Shown one piece after another: positions 50,938 to 59,327 of a stretch of DNA of 64,000 nt. Position numbers and translations under genes: made by a program. Source of the DNA: Flavobacteriales bacterium (lineage in GTDB: Bacteria; Bacteroidota; Bacteroidia; Flavobacteriales; BACL11); NCBI GenBank assembly GCA_018645865.1, contig JABGVU010000099.1, positions 5,291-69,290 of the forward strand, written 5' to 3'. Below the pieces are notes generated by a model that was given only the letters and a program-made list of their open reading frames with translations, did no database searches and had not been told where the DNA came from. How positions within the stretch are numbered: position 1 is the stretch's first letter; every line of letters starts with the position of its first letter.

Positions 50938-52044
50938 ATGATTGTTCACTTATTTGAGGATCAAAAGTTTGTAGACATTACAATTGAGAATTTTGAGAAT
51001 ATTTCAAAAGGAAAAAACAGATATATTGTATTCTCAGATTCTAGTTTATTAAAGTATGTCAATAGAGCAGATCAAGTAAAGATACTCCCAAATTCATGGA
51101 AGGAAATAAATATTGATGCAATTCTTGAAGATTGTAAACTATTGATTATTCACTGTTTATCACCTTTAAAGTTATATATTTTAAAAAAAATCCCTAAGAA
51201 TATTACAGTTGTATGGTCTGTTTGGGGTGCGGATGCCTATCCTTATTTTGATAAGAAAAACCTTTATGAACCTTTGACGGATAAGGTTGAAAGAAGTAGT
51301 ATAAAACAACTTCTTAAATCTACTTTTATATATAATATTTATCATTTTCACAAGTACAGAGTATTCTCGGTTAACAAGGAAATAGGAACACTAAAAAAAA
51401 TTAATTATCTTATTACTGTTTTGCCATATGAGTACGAGTTGATTAAAAAAGAGTTTCAATTAAGAGCAAAATATCTTGATTATAATTATGGGATTAATAG
51501 GTTTAATGAACAATGCTTTTCTCAATTAGGTGATTCTGTATTATTAGGGAATTCATCTGATTATTCAAATAATCATTTAGATATATTTGAATTCATTAAA
51601 GATAGTGATAAGAAATTAATTGTACCCTTAAGTTATGCTGGCTATAGGAACTATAGAGACTTAGTGATAAAAGAAGGTGATAAAAGATTCAATACCTTGT
51701 TTAATCCTATTTTGGAATTTATTCCTTTAGAAAAATATAATCAGCTAATACTATCTTGTAATTCCGTGATTATGTATCATATAAGACAACAGGCTTTAGG
51801 TAATATTTTTATGTCTTTATTTCAGGGAATGAGAGTTTTTCTAAATAAGAAATCAATCACCTATAAATATATGCAAGATGTTGGTATGATTATTTTTGAT
51901 TTAGAAAGTGATGTTGATTTAGTTGGGGTGGAATTACAAGAGAAACAAAAAATTACAAATAGAGAATTAGTGATTAAATTAAGAGGTGAAAAAGTAATTA
52001 TTAATAAAACACAAGAAATTTATAAATTGTACAATGCCTTATAA
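50938..52044 (+). CDS. WecF-like 4-amino-sugar glycosyltransferase (GT56-like)
   Basis: VWSVWGADAY, LLGNSSDYSNNHLD, VPLSY, RQQALGNI. Confidence 0.8.
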   Translation: MIVHLFEDQKFVDITIENFENISKGKNRYIVFSDSSLLKYVNRADQVKILPNSWKEINIDAILEDCKLLIIHCLSPLKLYILKKIPKNITVVWSVWGADAYPYFDKKNLYEPLTDKVERSSIKQLLKSTFIYNIYHFHKYRVFSVNKEIGTLKKINYLITVLPYEYELIKKEFQLRAKYLDYNYGINRFNEQCFSQLGDSVLLGNSSDYSNNHLDIFEFIKDSDKKLIVPLSYAGYRNYRDLVIKEGDKRFNTLFNPILEFIPLEKYNQLILSCNSVIMYHIRQQALGNIFMSLFQGMRVFLNKKSITYKYMQDVGMIIFDLESDVDLVGVELQEKQKITNRELVIKLRGEKVIINKTQEIYKLYNAL

Positions 52045-52050
52045 ATCACA

Positions 52051-53319
52051 ATGAATATTAATAAACAAGTTATTATAGGAGTAAAGTGGACAACACTTGG
52101 AACTTTATCTGTTACTCTCTCGAATGTTTTGAAAGTAAGTATTTTGGCTAGATTTTTATCAAAGGATGATTTTGGTGTATTTGCGATTGTTGTTTTTTTC
52201 TTAGGATTTTTCAAAATGTTGAGTGAAATGGGACTTACCACTGCTATTCTTCACAAACAGGATATTAAAAAAAATGAATATGCTAGTTTGTATTGGTTTA
52301 ATATAATACTTTGTATTTGTTTATACTTATTACTATTTTTAATTACCCCAATTATTTCAGGATTTTATAATGAACCTGAATTAGATTTTTTGATTAAAGT
52401 ACTTGGTTTGAGTATAATAATTAATTCAATTGGCTTACAATTCAGAACTATAGAAACAAAGAACCTATCTTTTAAATATATAAACATCTTTGATATAATT
52501 GCGTCAGTAATTTCTTTGTCATTTGCTATCTGGTTAGCTGTTAATGGTTACGGTATTTTGGCACTTGTTTATTCGGTAGTTCTGGAGTATGCTATTTCAA
52601 ATTTCTTACTTTTTTTCTTAGGATTAAGAAATCATGGAGTAAGGGTTTATTTTAGATTTAAAGATTTAAAACCATTTTTAAGAATTGGTTTGTTTCAAGT
52701 AGGAGGTCAATCAGCTAATTTTTTTAATAGAAATCTTGATATTCTTATAATTGGGAAATTCTTTTCACAAGAGGTTTTAGGGGGATATAGTTTGGCTAAA
52801 CAATTAGTGTTTAGGCCTACACAAGTAATTAACCCTATCTTAGCAAAGGTTGCGGCACCTACACTTGCTAAGTTTCAGAATAATCTAGAACTATTAAAAG
52901 AAAATTATTTAAAACTTGTAAATGTTGTTTCTTCAGTAAATTTTGTCTCTTATTTTATATTAATAGTTTTTGCTCCTATTATAGTTGAGATATTCTATGG
53001 AGGAGGATATAGTAGTATTGTTTTATTAGTTAGGATTCTTTGTGTTTATATGGTATTTAGGGCTATATTAAATCCGATTGGAAGCTTGGTGGTTGCGACA
53101 GGAAGAACAGATATTCAGTTTATATGGAATATTGTATTGTTAATTTTAATGCCAATTGTTGTTTATGCTGGTTCTATGTTTGGTATTGTAGAGGTTACTA
53201 TTGCATTAACTGTAACAATGATTCTATTATTTCTACCAAGTTGGTATTTCTTAGTTCGAAAGATGTCTGGAGCAACACTAAAAGAATATGTTATCTCAAT
53301 AATAAGATTATATAATTAA
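52051..53319 (+). CDS. wzx: Wzx/WzxC-type polysaccharide flippase
   Basis: GVKWT, ILARFLSKDDFG, NLDILIIGKFF, LGGYSLAKQL; multi-TM. Confidence 0.9.
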   Translation: MNINKQVIIGVKWTTLGTLSVTLSNVLKVSILARFLSKDDFGVFAIVVFFLGFFKMLSEMGLTTAILHKQDIKKNEYASLYWFNIILCICLYLLLFLITPIISGFYNEPELDFLIKVLGLSIIINSIGLQFRTIETKNLSFKYINIFDIIASVISLSFAIWLAVNGYGILALVYSVVLEYAISNFLLFFLGLRNHGVRVYFRFKDLKPFLRIGLFQVGGQSANFFNRNLDILIIGKFFSQEVLGGYSLAKQLVFRPTQVINPILAKVAAPTLAKFQNNLELLKENYLKLVNVVSSVNFVSYFILIVFAPIIVEIFYGGGYSSIVLLVRILCVYMVFRAILNPIGSLVVATGRTDIQFIWNIVLLILMPIVVYAGSMFGIVEVTIALTVTMILLFLPSWYFLVRKMSGATLKEYVISIIRLYN

Positions 53320-53329
53320 TATAAGGATT

Positions 53330-54499
53330 ATGAATTTATCTTCAGTAAATAAAAATTTACTTTCAAATATTACTATTGAAAAAGGATTTGTATTTACATT
53401 CTTAGTAATTGTGTTCTCTGTTGATTTTCATTTTTTATGGTTGTTGTATGATTTCTTAGCTTTGTTTGCTTTATGCTTCTTTTCAAAACATGTAAATGCT
53501 GTGCTAGGCTCTACATTACTTTTGGTGTTATCTTTTTTTATTATAGCAACTGTCATTTCTGGTTTCCATATAATTAGCATTTTATCAATTTGGGATAATA
53601 TTAAGCATGTCTTTGTTTTATTTATGTTATTGCTTCTTGTTGAAAGACACATTGAAGGCCGGATATTGAAATTTGCAAATAGTTTTGGTTTTATAATCGG
53701 CAGTATTTTTATTATACAATCAATATTAGTATTTTATCAATCGTTTAATGGTTATTTTAAAGATGATATTTCAGGAACTTTTGGAATAGCTAGCGGGCAT
53801 ACTTTTGCATATTACTGTTTGTTATATCTTTCTTACTTGTTTTATGTTAAGAGATCATATATCTTAACTTTTTGTGTCTTTGTGCTATCATTAGTAATGA
53901 ATTATTTTGCAGAGAATATGGGTTATTATCCTTTAGTGATACTATTATTAAGCTATAATTGGTGGACACTTAAAGGACTGAAATTTATGATATTTTATGG
54001 CATAGCATTATTATTAGGAATTATGATTCTAGATAATATTTTAGGAGGCGTGTTGATTCAGCCAGTTTTATATAGATTCTCAGAATTCTTTTTAGTAGGG
54101 AGTATAGATCTAGATAATCTTAATCAAAGTAGAGGATATATGACAGCATTGGCATTATACCTGGGTGGTTGGTGGGGTGCTGGTCCAGGTTGTTATTCTG
54201 AGATTTATTCAATCATAGGATGGAAATCTCTTGCTGGAATTCAACTAAATATCTCGTCGGTTACAAATCTATTAGCAGAGTATGGGATTGTAGGTGTTTT
54301 GTTATGGTTGTTCTTATATTTCTCTTTTATAAAACGATTCTTCAAGAACAGGAAAGATTTTATTTTTATCAGTATGTTATTTACTTTTAGTTTATTATAT
54401 AATAAAGTTTTGAATGATGAAAGAGTTATCTTTTTGTTAATATTTCTATTTATGTTTGTTAAAATTCATATTGACAGAAAAGCATTAAAAAATGATTAA
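53330..54499 (+). CDS. Putative Wzy polymerase
   Basis: About 10 TM segments, ISGTFG, GAGPG, LLAEYGIVG; position after wzx. Confidence 0.7.
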   Translation: MNLSSVNKNLLSNITIEKGFVFTFLVIVFSVDFHFLWLLYDFLALFALCFFSKHVNAVLGSTLLLVLSFFIIATVISGFHIISILSIWDNIKHVFVLFMLLLLVERHIEGRILKFANSFGFIIGSIFIIQSILVFYQSFNGYFKDDISGTFGIASGHTFAYYCLLYLSYLFYVKRSYILTFCVFVLSLVMNYFAENMGYYPLVILLLSYNWWTLKGLKFMIFYGIALLLGIMILDNILGGVLIQPVLYRFSEFFLVGSIDLDNLNQSRGYMTALALYLGGWWGAGPGCYSEIYSIIGWKSLAGIQLNISSVTNLLAEYGIVGVLLWLFLYFSFIKRFFKNRKDFIFISMLFTFSLLYNKVLNDERVIFLLIFLFMFVKIHIDRKALKND

Positions 54500-55397
54500 T
54501 TATTCTATTATCGTACCTCACAAGGATTCGGTGAAGTATCTTTTAAGATTATTGGATAGTATCCCAAATAATGATGATATTCAAGTTATTATTATAGATG
54601 ACAATAGTGATGTTGCGGTTGTTAAACAACTTCAAGATATTGAATTAAATATTAATATTGAGATTGTTTTTTGTGATGTATCTAAAGGTGCCGGTGGAGC
54701 TAGAAATATTGGGATACAGAAAGCAAAAGGAAAGTGGGTTATTTTTGCTGATTCTGATGATTACTTTACAATACACCTTGAAAATTTATTAATTGAGAAT
54801 GTAGATTCAGGTGCGGATATTATATATTTTAATACTGATAGTCGAGACGAAAACGGAAAACAAACATATAGACATTTACGGTATTCAAAGTTAGTTTGTG
54901 ATTTTCTAAATGATAATAAAAAAGAAAATGCTCTAAGGTACTATTTTACGTCTCCTTGGGCAAAAATTATAAAAAGAGATTTAATTCTCAAGAACAATAT
55001 TAAATTTGATGAAATAGTTGCTTCAAATGATGTAATTTTTTCATTGAAAACAGCTTACTTTGCTAAAAAGATTAAGGCGTATAAAGATATTTTATATGTA
55101 ATTTCATTAACAAAAGGAAGTGTCACTCAAATTATTAGTAAAGCGCATTTTGACTCAAAATTTAATACAGCTTTGAATGCAAATAAATTCTTATGCTCTA
55201 TTGGTATGAGAAGATATCAGCAATCAATTTTGTATTTCTTAGGAAGATCATATAAGTTTGGATTTCAATATATCATTTATGTTCTTTTAATGCTAATTAA
55301 AAATAGATCAAATATTCTTATTGGAATGAGCAAATTAATGAATTTAAATAAAGCTCTTAGAGAAAGAGAAAATACAGATTATATTACTAAAAGATAA
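54492..55397 (+). CDS. Glycosyltransferase family 2
   Basis: SIIVPH, IIDDNS, GAGGARNIG, FADSDD. Confidence 0.92.
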   Translation: MINYSIIVPHKDSVKYLLRLLDSIPNNDDIQVIIIDDNSDVAVVKQLQDIELNINIEIVFCDVSKGAGGARNIGIQKAKGKWVIFADSDDYFTIHLENLLIENVDSGADIIYFNTDSRDENGKQTYRHLRYSKLVCDFLNDNKKENALRYYFTSPWAKIIKRDLILKNNIKFDEIVASNDVIFSLKTAYFAKKIKAYKDILYVISLTKGSVTQIISKAHFDSKFNTALNANKFLCSIGMRRYQQSILYFLGRSYKFGFQYIIYVLLMLIKNRSNILIGMSKLMNLNKALRERENTDYITKR

Positions 55398-55398
55398 A

Positions 55399-55842
55399 AT
55401 GAAAAAGATCTTAGCAATTTCATCTTCAGGTGGTCATTGGACTCAAATGCAAAGAATTACATCATCTTTTTCTGGCAATGAAGTTGTATATGTTTCTACT
55501 TTAAAAGGATATGTTAAAGAAGTATCTACTTGCAAATATTATCAAGTGAAAGATGCTTCAGCTTGGAATAAATTAAATTTGATTGTTCTTTTTTTTCAAT
55601 TAATCAAAATTATTATGAATGAAAGGCCTGATATAGTGATTTCAACTGGAGCTGCACCTGGTTTATTTGCAATAATAATATCACGATTTGTAGGCGCAAA
55701 AACTATTTGGTTGGATAGTATTGCAAACTATGAACAAATATCATTGAGCGGTAAGTTAGCAAAATATTTTACACATTTACATTTAACGCAATGGGAACAT
55801 TTAACAAATCAGAAGACACAATTTTCAGGAAAAGTTTTGTAA
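55399..55842 (+). CDS. Alg14-like (CpsF/PssD) glycosyltransferase subunit
   Basis: SSSGGHWTQ, RPDIVISTGAAPG, DSIAN, SLSGK, TQW. Confidence 0.92.
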   Translation: MKKILAISSSGGHWTQMQRITSSFSGNEVVYVSTLKGYVKEVSTCKYYQVKDASAWNKLNLIVLFFQLIKIIMNERPDIVISTGAAPGLFAIIISRFVGAKTIWLDSIANYEQISLSGKLAKYFTHLHLTQWEHLTNQKTQFSGKVL

Positions 55843-56315
55843 TATTTGTTGTTACAGGAACGCAGGCTCCTTTTGATAGGATGCTCTCAATTATTGATAA
55901 ATGGGCTGTCAATCAGGATACATATTCCATTATAGCTCAAACAGCTAATTCAGAAATAAATTTTAAGAATATGACTTGTTTTGATTATTTAGAGCCAGAT
56001 GTTTTTAATGAATACTTTAATAATGCAGATGTTATTATAGGTCATGCTGGTATGGGAACTATAATTAAAGCTTTAGAAAATAAAAAAAAGTTAGTAGTTT
56101 TCCCAAGGCTAGTAAAATATAATGAACATAGGAATGATCATCAGCATCATACTGCAATTGGGTTTGAGAAGCTGGGGTTAATAAATGTAGCTTATAATGA
56201 AAAAGATTTGTTTAGGTATTTAAATAACATAATTGAGATACCTGTTAAGCGTAAAATTAATCAAAATGCGGAAAAACAATTATTGAAAAAAATATCTAAC
56301 TTTATAAATAAATAA
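55791..56315 (+). CDS. Alg13-like (CpsG/PssE) glycosyltransferase subunit; start uncertain
   Basis: IFVVTGTQAPFDR, IIGHAGMGTI, FPR...EHRNDHQ; family-like sequence begins near 55839. Confidence 0.88.
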   Translation: MGTFNKSEDTIFRKSFVIFVVTGTQAPFDRMLSIIDKWAVNQDTYSIIAQTANSEINFKNMTCFDYLEPDVFNEYFNNADVIIGHAGMGTIIKALENKKKLVVFPRLVKYNEHRNDHQHHTAIGFEKLGLINVAYNEKDLFRYLNNIIEIPVKRKINQNAEKQLLKKISNFINK

Positions 56316-56334
56316 TTTCTTAGGCTTACCTTAA

Positions 56335-56475
56335 ATTTTAGACATTAGAACTGGAGGAGATATTTCAAAACCCGATGGGATTATTCGGAAATTAACTAAT
56401 GTAAGCATGCTTCATAGCTTAGTATGGAAACATACAGTAGCTCTTAATAAAGGTGTTAAAAAAATTTACATTTGA
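56335..56475 (+). pseudogene. fcl: C-terminal remnant of GDP-L-fucose synthase
   Basis: Hand translation ILDIRTGGDISKPDGIIRKLTNVSMLHSLVWKHTVALNKGVKKIYI* resembles the Fcl C-terminus (NIGTG.DIS...KPDGT.RKL.DVSKL..LGW). Confidence 0.82.
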
Positions 56476-56501
56476 CACTTATTATAGCTTGAGTTAATTC
56501 T

Positions 56502-56509
56502 TACCTTTG
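56502..56509 (+). promoter_or_regulatory. -7 box (TACCTTTG) for wcaJ
   Basis: Exact TAnnTTTG, 6 nt before ATG 56516. Confidence 0.6.
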
Positions 56510-56515
56510 TATTGC

Positions 56516-57901
56516 ATGAGAGGATATTCACAGTATTTCTGGTTAATTCACTTTATTGGTGATTTATTTATTGTCAATTTTTCATTTTTACTTGCCTTTT
56601 ATTTAAAGTTTGATACTTTAATGTTCTCTGATAAATACAAATTTTTGTTTATCATTTTTAATGGAATTTGGGTATTGGTTGCTTTGTTTCTTGAGTTGTA
56701 TAAGCTGAAGCGATTAAGAAGGTTAGATAGGGTTTTATTTAATTTATTTAAAGCTTTTGTTTTTAATGCTTTTGTCATTAGTGCTATTTTGTTCTCACTT
56801 AAAGCGTCTGAGTTTTCAAGAGAGCATTTATATACAACTTATGTCTTGCTTTTTGCTCTAATAATGTTGTGGCGTTATTCGGCAATTAAATTAATTTATC
56901 TTTATAGAAAATCTGGATTTAATTACAAAAGAGTAATCATTATTGGTGGTAATGAGGTTGCCAATCAATTATATACTTATTTTATGTCAGATGATGTCTT
57001 AGGAATTAAAGTGAAGGGTGTTTTTTCTGATAGTGATATTTATTTTGATGTTAAAGATAGTATTCGTAGAGGTGGATTGGATGATTTAGAATCATTTGCT
57101 TTGGATAATACCATTGATGAAATCTATTACTCCATGCCATTAACTTATACTCAAAGGATTAGAGGTTTAGTTGATTTTTGTGATCAAAATATGATTCGCT
57201 TTAAAATAGTTCCTGATTTTAGGGGCTTTATTTTTAAGCGTGTAAATATTGATTTTTATGATGATGTGCCTATAGTCACATTACGCGCTGAACCGCTTAC
57301 GGATATTACAAATCGGTTTTTAAAACGAGTATTTGATATCATGTTTTCATCTTTAGTTATTGTATTTGTGTTGACTTGGTTATATCCTATTATGGCTATT
57401 TTAATTAAGTTGTCATCAAAAGGGCCGGTGTTATTTAAACAGGCGCGCTCTGGAGTAGGTAATATGGAATTTATGTGTTATAAGTTTCGTTCTATGACTC
57501 AAAGTGTTGAAGCAGATACCAAACAAGCATGCAAAGGAGATACTCGTATTACCAAAATAGGTGCTTTTCTTAGGAAATCATCTTTAGATGAATTCCCTCA
57601 ATTTATTAATGTGTTTATGGGCGATATGTCTATAGTGGGTCCAAGACCTCACATGTTGTTGCATACTGAGGAATATTCTGCTTTGATTAATAAGTATATG
57701 GTTCGTCAGTTAGTTAAGCCTGGTATTACAGGGGCTGCTCAGATAAAAGGCTATAGAGGAGAGACTAAGGAATTAAAAGATATGGAGGGACGTGTTCGTT
57801 TGGATGTTTGGTATATTGAAAATTGGTCTTTATCGGTTGATATCAATATTATTTTTTATACAATTTGGAACATATTCAAGGGGGATGAAAAAGCTTTATA
57901 A
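56516..57901 (+). CDS. wcaJ: Undecaprenyl-phosphate glucose phosphotransferase (WcaJ type)
   Basis: Four N-terminal TMs, CoA-binding-like middle, KRVFD, KFRSM, LDEFPQF, GPRPH, KPGITG, RLDVWYIENWS. Confidence 0.9.
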   Translation: MRGYSQYFWLIHFIGDLFIVNFSFLLAFYLKFDTLMFSDKYKFLFIIFNGIWVLVALFLELYKLKRLRRLDRVLFNLFKAFVFNAFVISAILFSLKASEFSREHLYTTYVLLFALIMLWRYSAIKLIYLYRKSGFNYKRVIIIGGNEVANQLYTYFMSDDVLGIKVKGVFSDSDIYFDVKDSIRRGGLDDLESFALDNTIDEIYYSMPLTYTQRIRGLVDFCDQNMIRFKIVPDFRGFIFKRVNIDFYDDVPIVTLRAEPLTDITNRFLKRVFDIMFSSLVIVFVLTWLYPIMAILIKLSSKGPVLFKQARSGVGNMEFMCYKFRSMTQSVEADTKQACKGDTRITKIGAFLRKSSLDEFPQFINVFMGDMSIVGPRPHMLLHTEEYSALINKYMVRQLVKPGITGAAQIKGYRGETKELKDMEGRVRLDVWYIENWSLSVDINIIFYTIWNIFKGDEKAL

Positions 57902-59327
57902 ATATTACTTAATAGTATTTTTCCCAATTTTTTCAAGTGGACAGATATCGACATTTCATTCAGGATTTAATGATATTTTTTTTAAAACTGATTCCAGACC
58001 ATGGTTGAAGTTTTATAACACTGATTCAGATACTTTAGTTGCTCCTAATACTGATACAATTCAATATTTTAGTTTAGATTCAAAATTGTTTAGCATAGGG
58101 TCAGCTAATAAATCAGATTATGCATGTACATATTTATTTTCTGCAAGCTTGTTTTCTAATTTCAAGAATAAAATAACTTTCACTTCCCATTTTGATTACT
58201 TGGCAGGAAATCATAATAAATTAATTAAAGAATTCCAAGATTCATTATTTATTTTTCCTGGATTTGGGAGAGAGAAAAGTAGATTACAATATAATCTAAA
58301 ATATTTTGTTAATAAATTCATAACTGTTGATTTTGGAAAAGGAAAACATTTTATAGGAAATGGGTATCGTTCTCTGATGTTATCTGCTGAACATTCTCCT
58401 TATCCGTATTTGAAGTTATCTACTGAATTTGGCAGAGTTAAATATTATAATTTATACACTACTTTTTTAGATATACAAGATCCAAATCAGAATAGAAAAA
58501 AGCATTCTTCAATTCATTTTTTAGATTTTAGTTTAACAGAAAATATAAATATTGGTATTTTCGAGGGTGTACTCTGGCAAGCAAAAAATGAAAATTATAA
58601 TAGAGGATATGATCTAGAGTATTTGAATCCAATTATTTTTTATCGCCCAGTAGAGTTTTCAAAACACTCTCCTGATAATGTGTTGATTGGTGGAAATTTT
58701 AATGCAAAAATTAAGACAACAACTTTTTATGGGCAAGTTTTATTAGATGATTTGAATATATCTAGACAAAAAGATAGGGACGAAGGATATAGTGAAGGGT
58801 TTTTTCAGAATAAGTTTGCTTATCAATTAGGGCTTAAATCGTCTTTTAAAAAAATAAATCTTTTATTGGAGTATAATCAAGCACAACCCTATACTTATGC
58901 GCATAAAGAACCGATGCAATCTTATACACATTTTAACCAAGCTTTAGCACATCCATTGGGTGCAAATTTTAAAGAGTTACTTATGCTTGCAAATTACAGT
59001 AAACAGAAATGGAAGTTTAGCATTAAATTAACGCATGCTAAGGTTGGTTTGGATTCTCTGTATTCGCATTATGGCCAAAATATATTTGTTTCTGATTTTG
59101 AGGCTCAAGGTGTTGGTAGTCAATATTCATATGGAAATTTTAATGGACAAGGCGTTTCAACTATAATTAACACTTTGCATACTGAAATTCTCTATTCGTT
59201 TAAATGGTTTGATCTTTTTGGCTCGGTATTTTATAAAAATAAAAAGTCTGATCTACTGGATCAGACTTTATTATGGTATTCAGTTGGGATAAGAACCTTT
59301 CCATTCTCAACTTTTAAGGACTATTAA
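57885..59327 (+). CDS. RemB-like / Wzi-family outer membrane protein
   Basis: Signal-like start; GKGKHFIGNGYRSLMLS, YLNPIIFYRPVE, YGQVLLDD, NKFAYQLG, PYTYAH, LAHPLGANF. Confidence 0.75.
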   Translation: MKKLYKYYLIVFFPIFSSGQISTFHSGFNDIFFKTDSRPWLKFYNTDSDTLVAPNTDTIQYFSLDSKLFSIGSANKSDYACTYLFSASLFSNFKNKITFTSHFDYLAGNHNKLIKEFQDSLFIFPGFGREKSRLQYNLKYFVNKFITVDFGKGKHFIGNGYRSLMLSAEHSPYPYLKLSTEFGRVKYYNLYTTFLDIQDPNQNRKKHSSIHFLDFSLTENINIGIFEGVLWQAKNENYNRGYDLEYLNPIIFYRPVEFSKHSPDNVLIGGNFNAKIKTTTFYGQVLLDDLNISRQKDRDEGYSEGFFQNKFAYQLGLKSSFKKINLLLEYNQAQPYTYAHKEPMQSYTHFNQALAHPLGANFKELLMLANYSKQKWKFSIKLTHAKVGLDSLYSHYGQNIFVSDFEAQGVGSQYSYGNFNGQGVSTIINTLHTEILYSFKWFDLFGSVFYKNKKSDLLDQTLLWYSVGIRTFPFSTFKDY

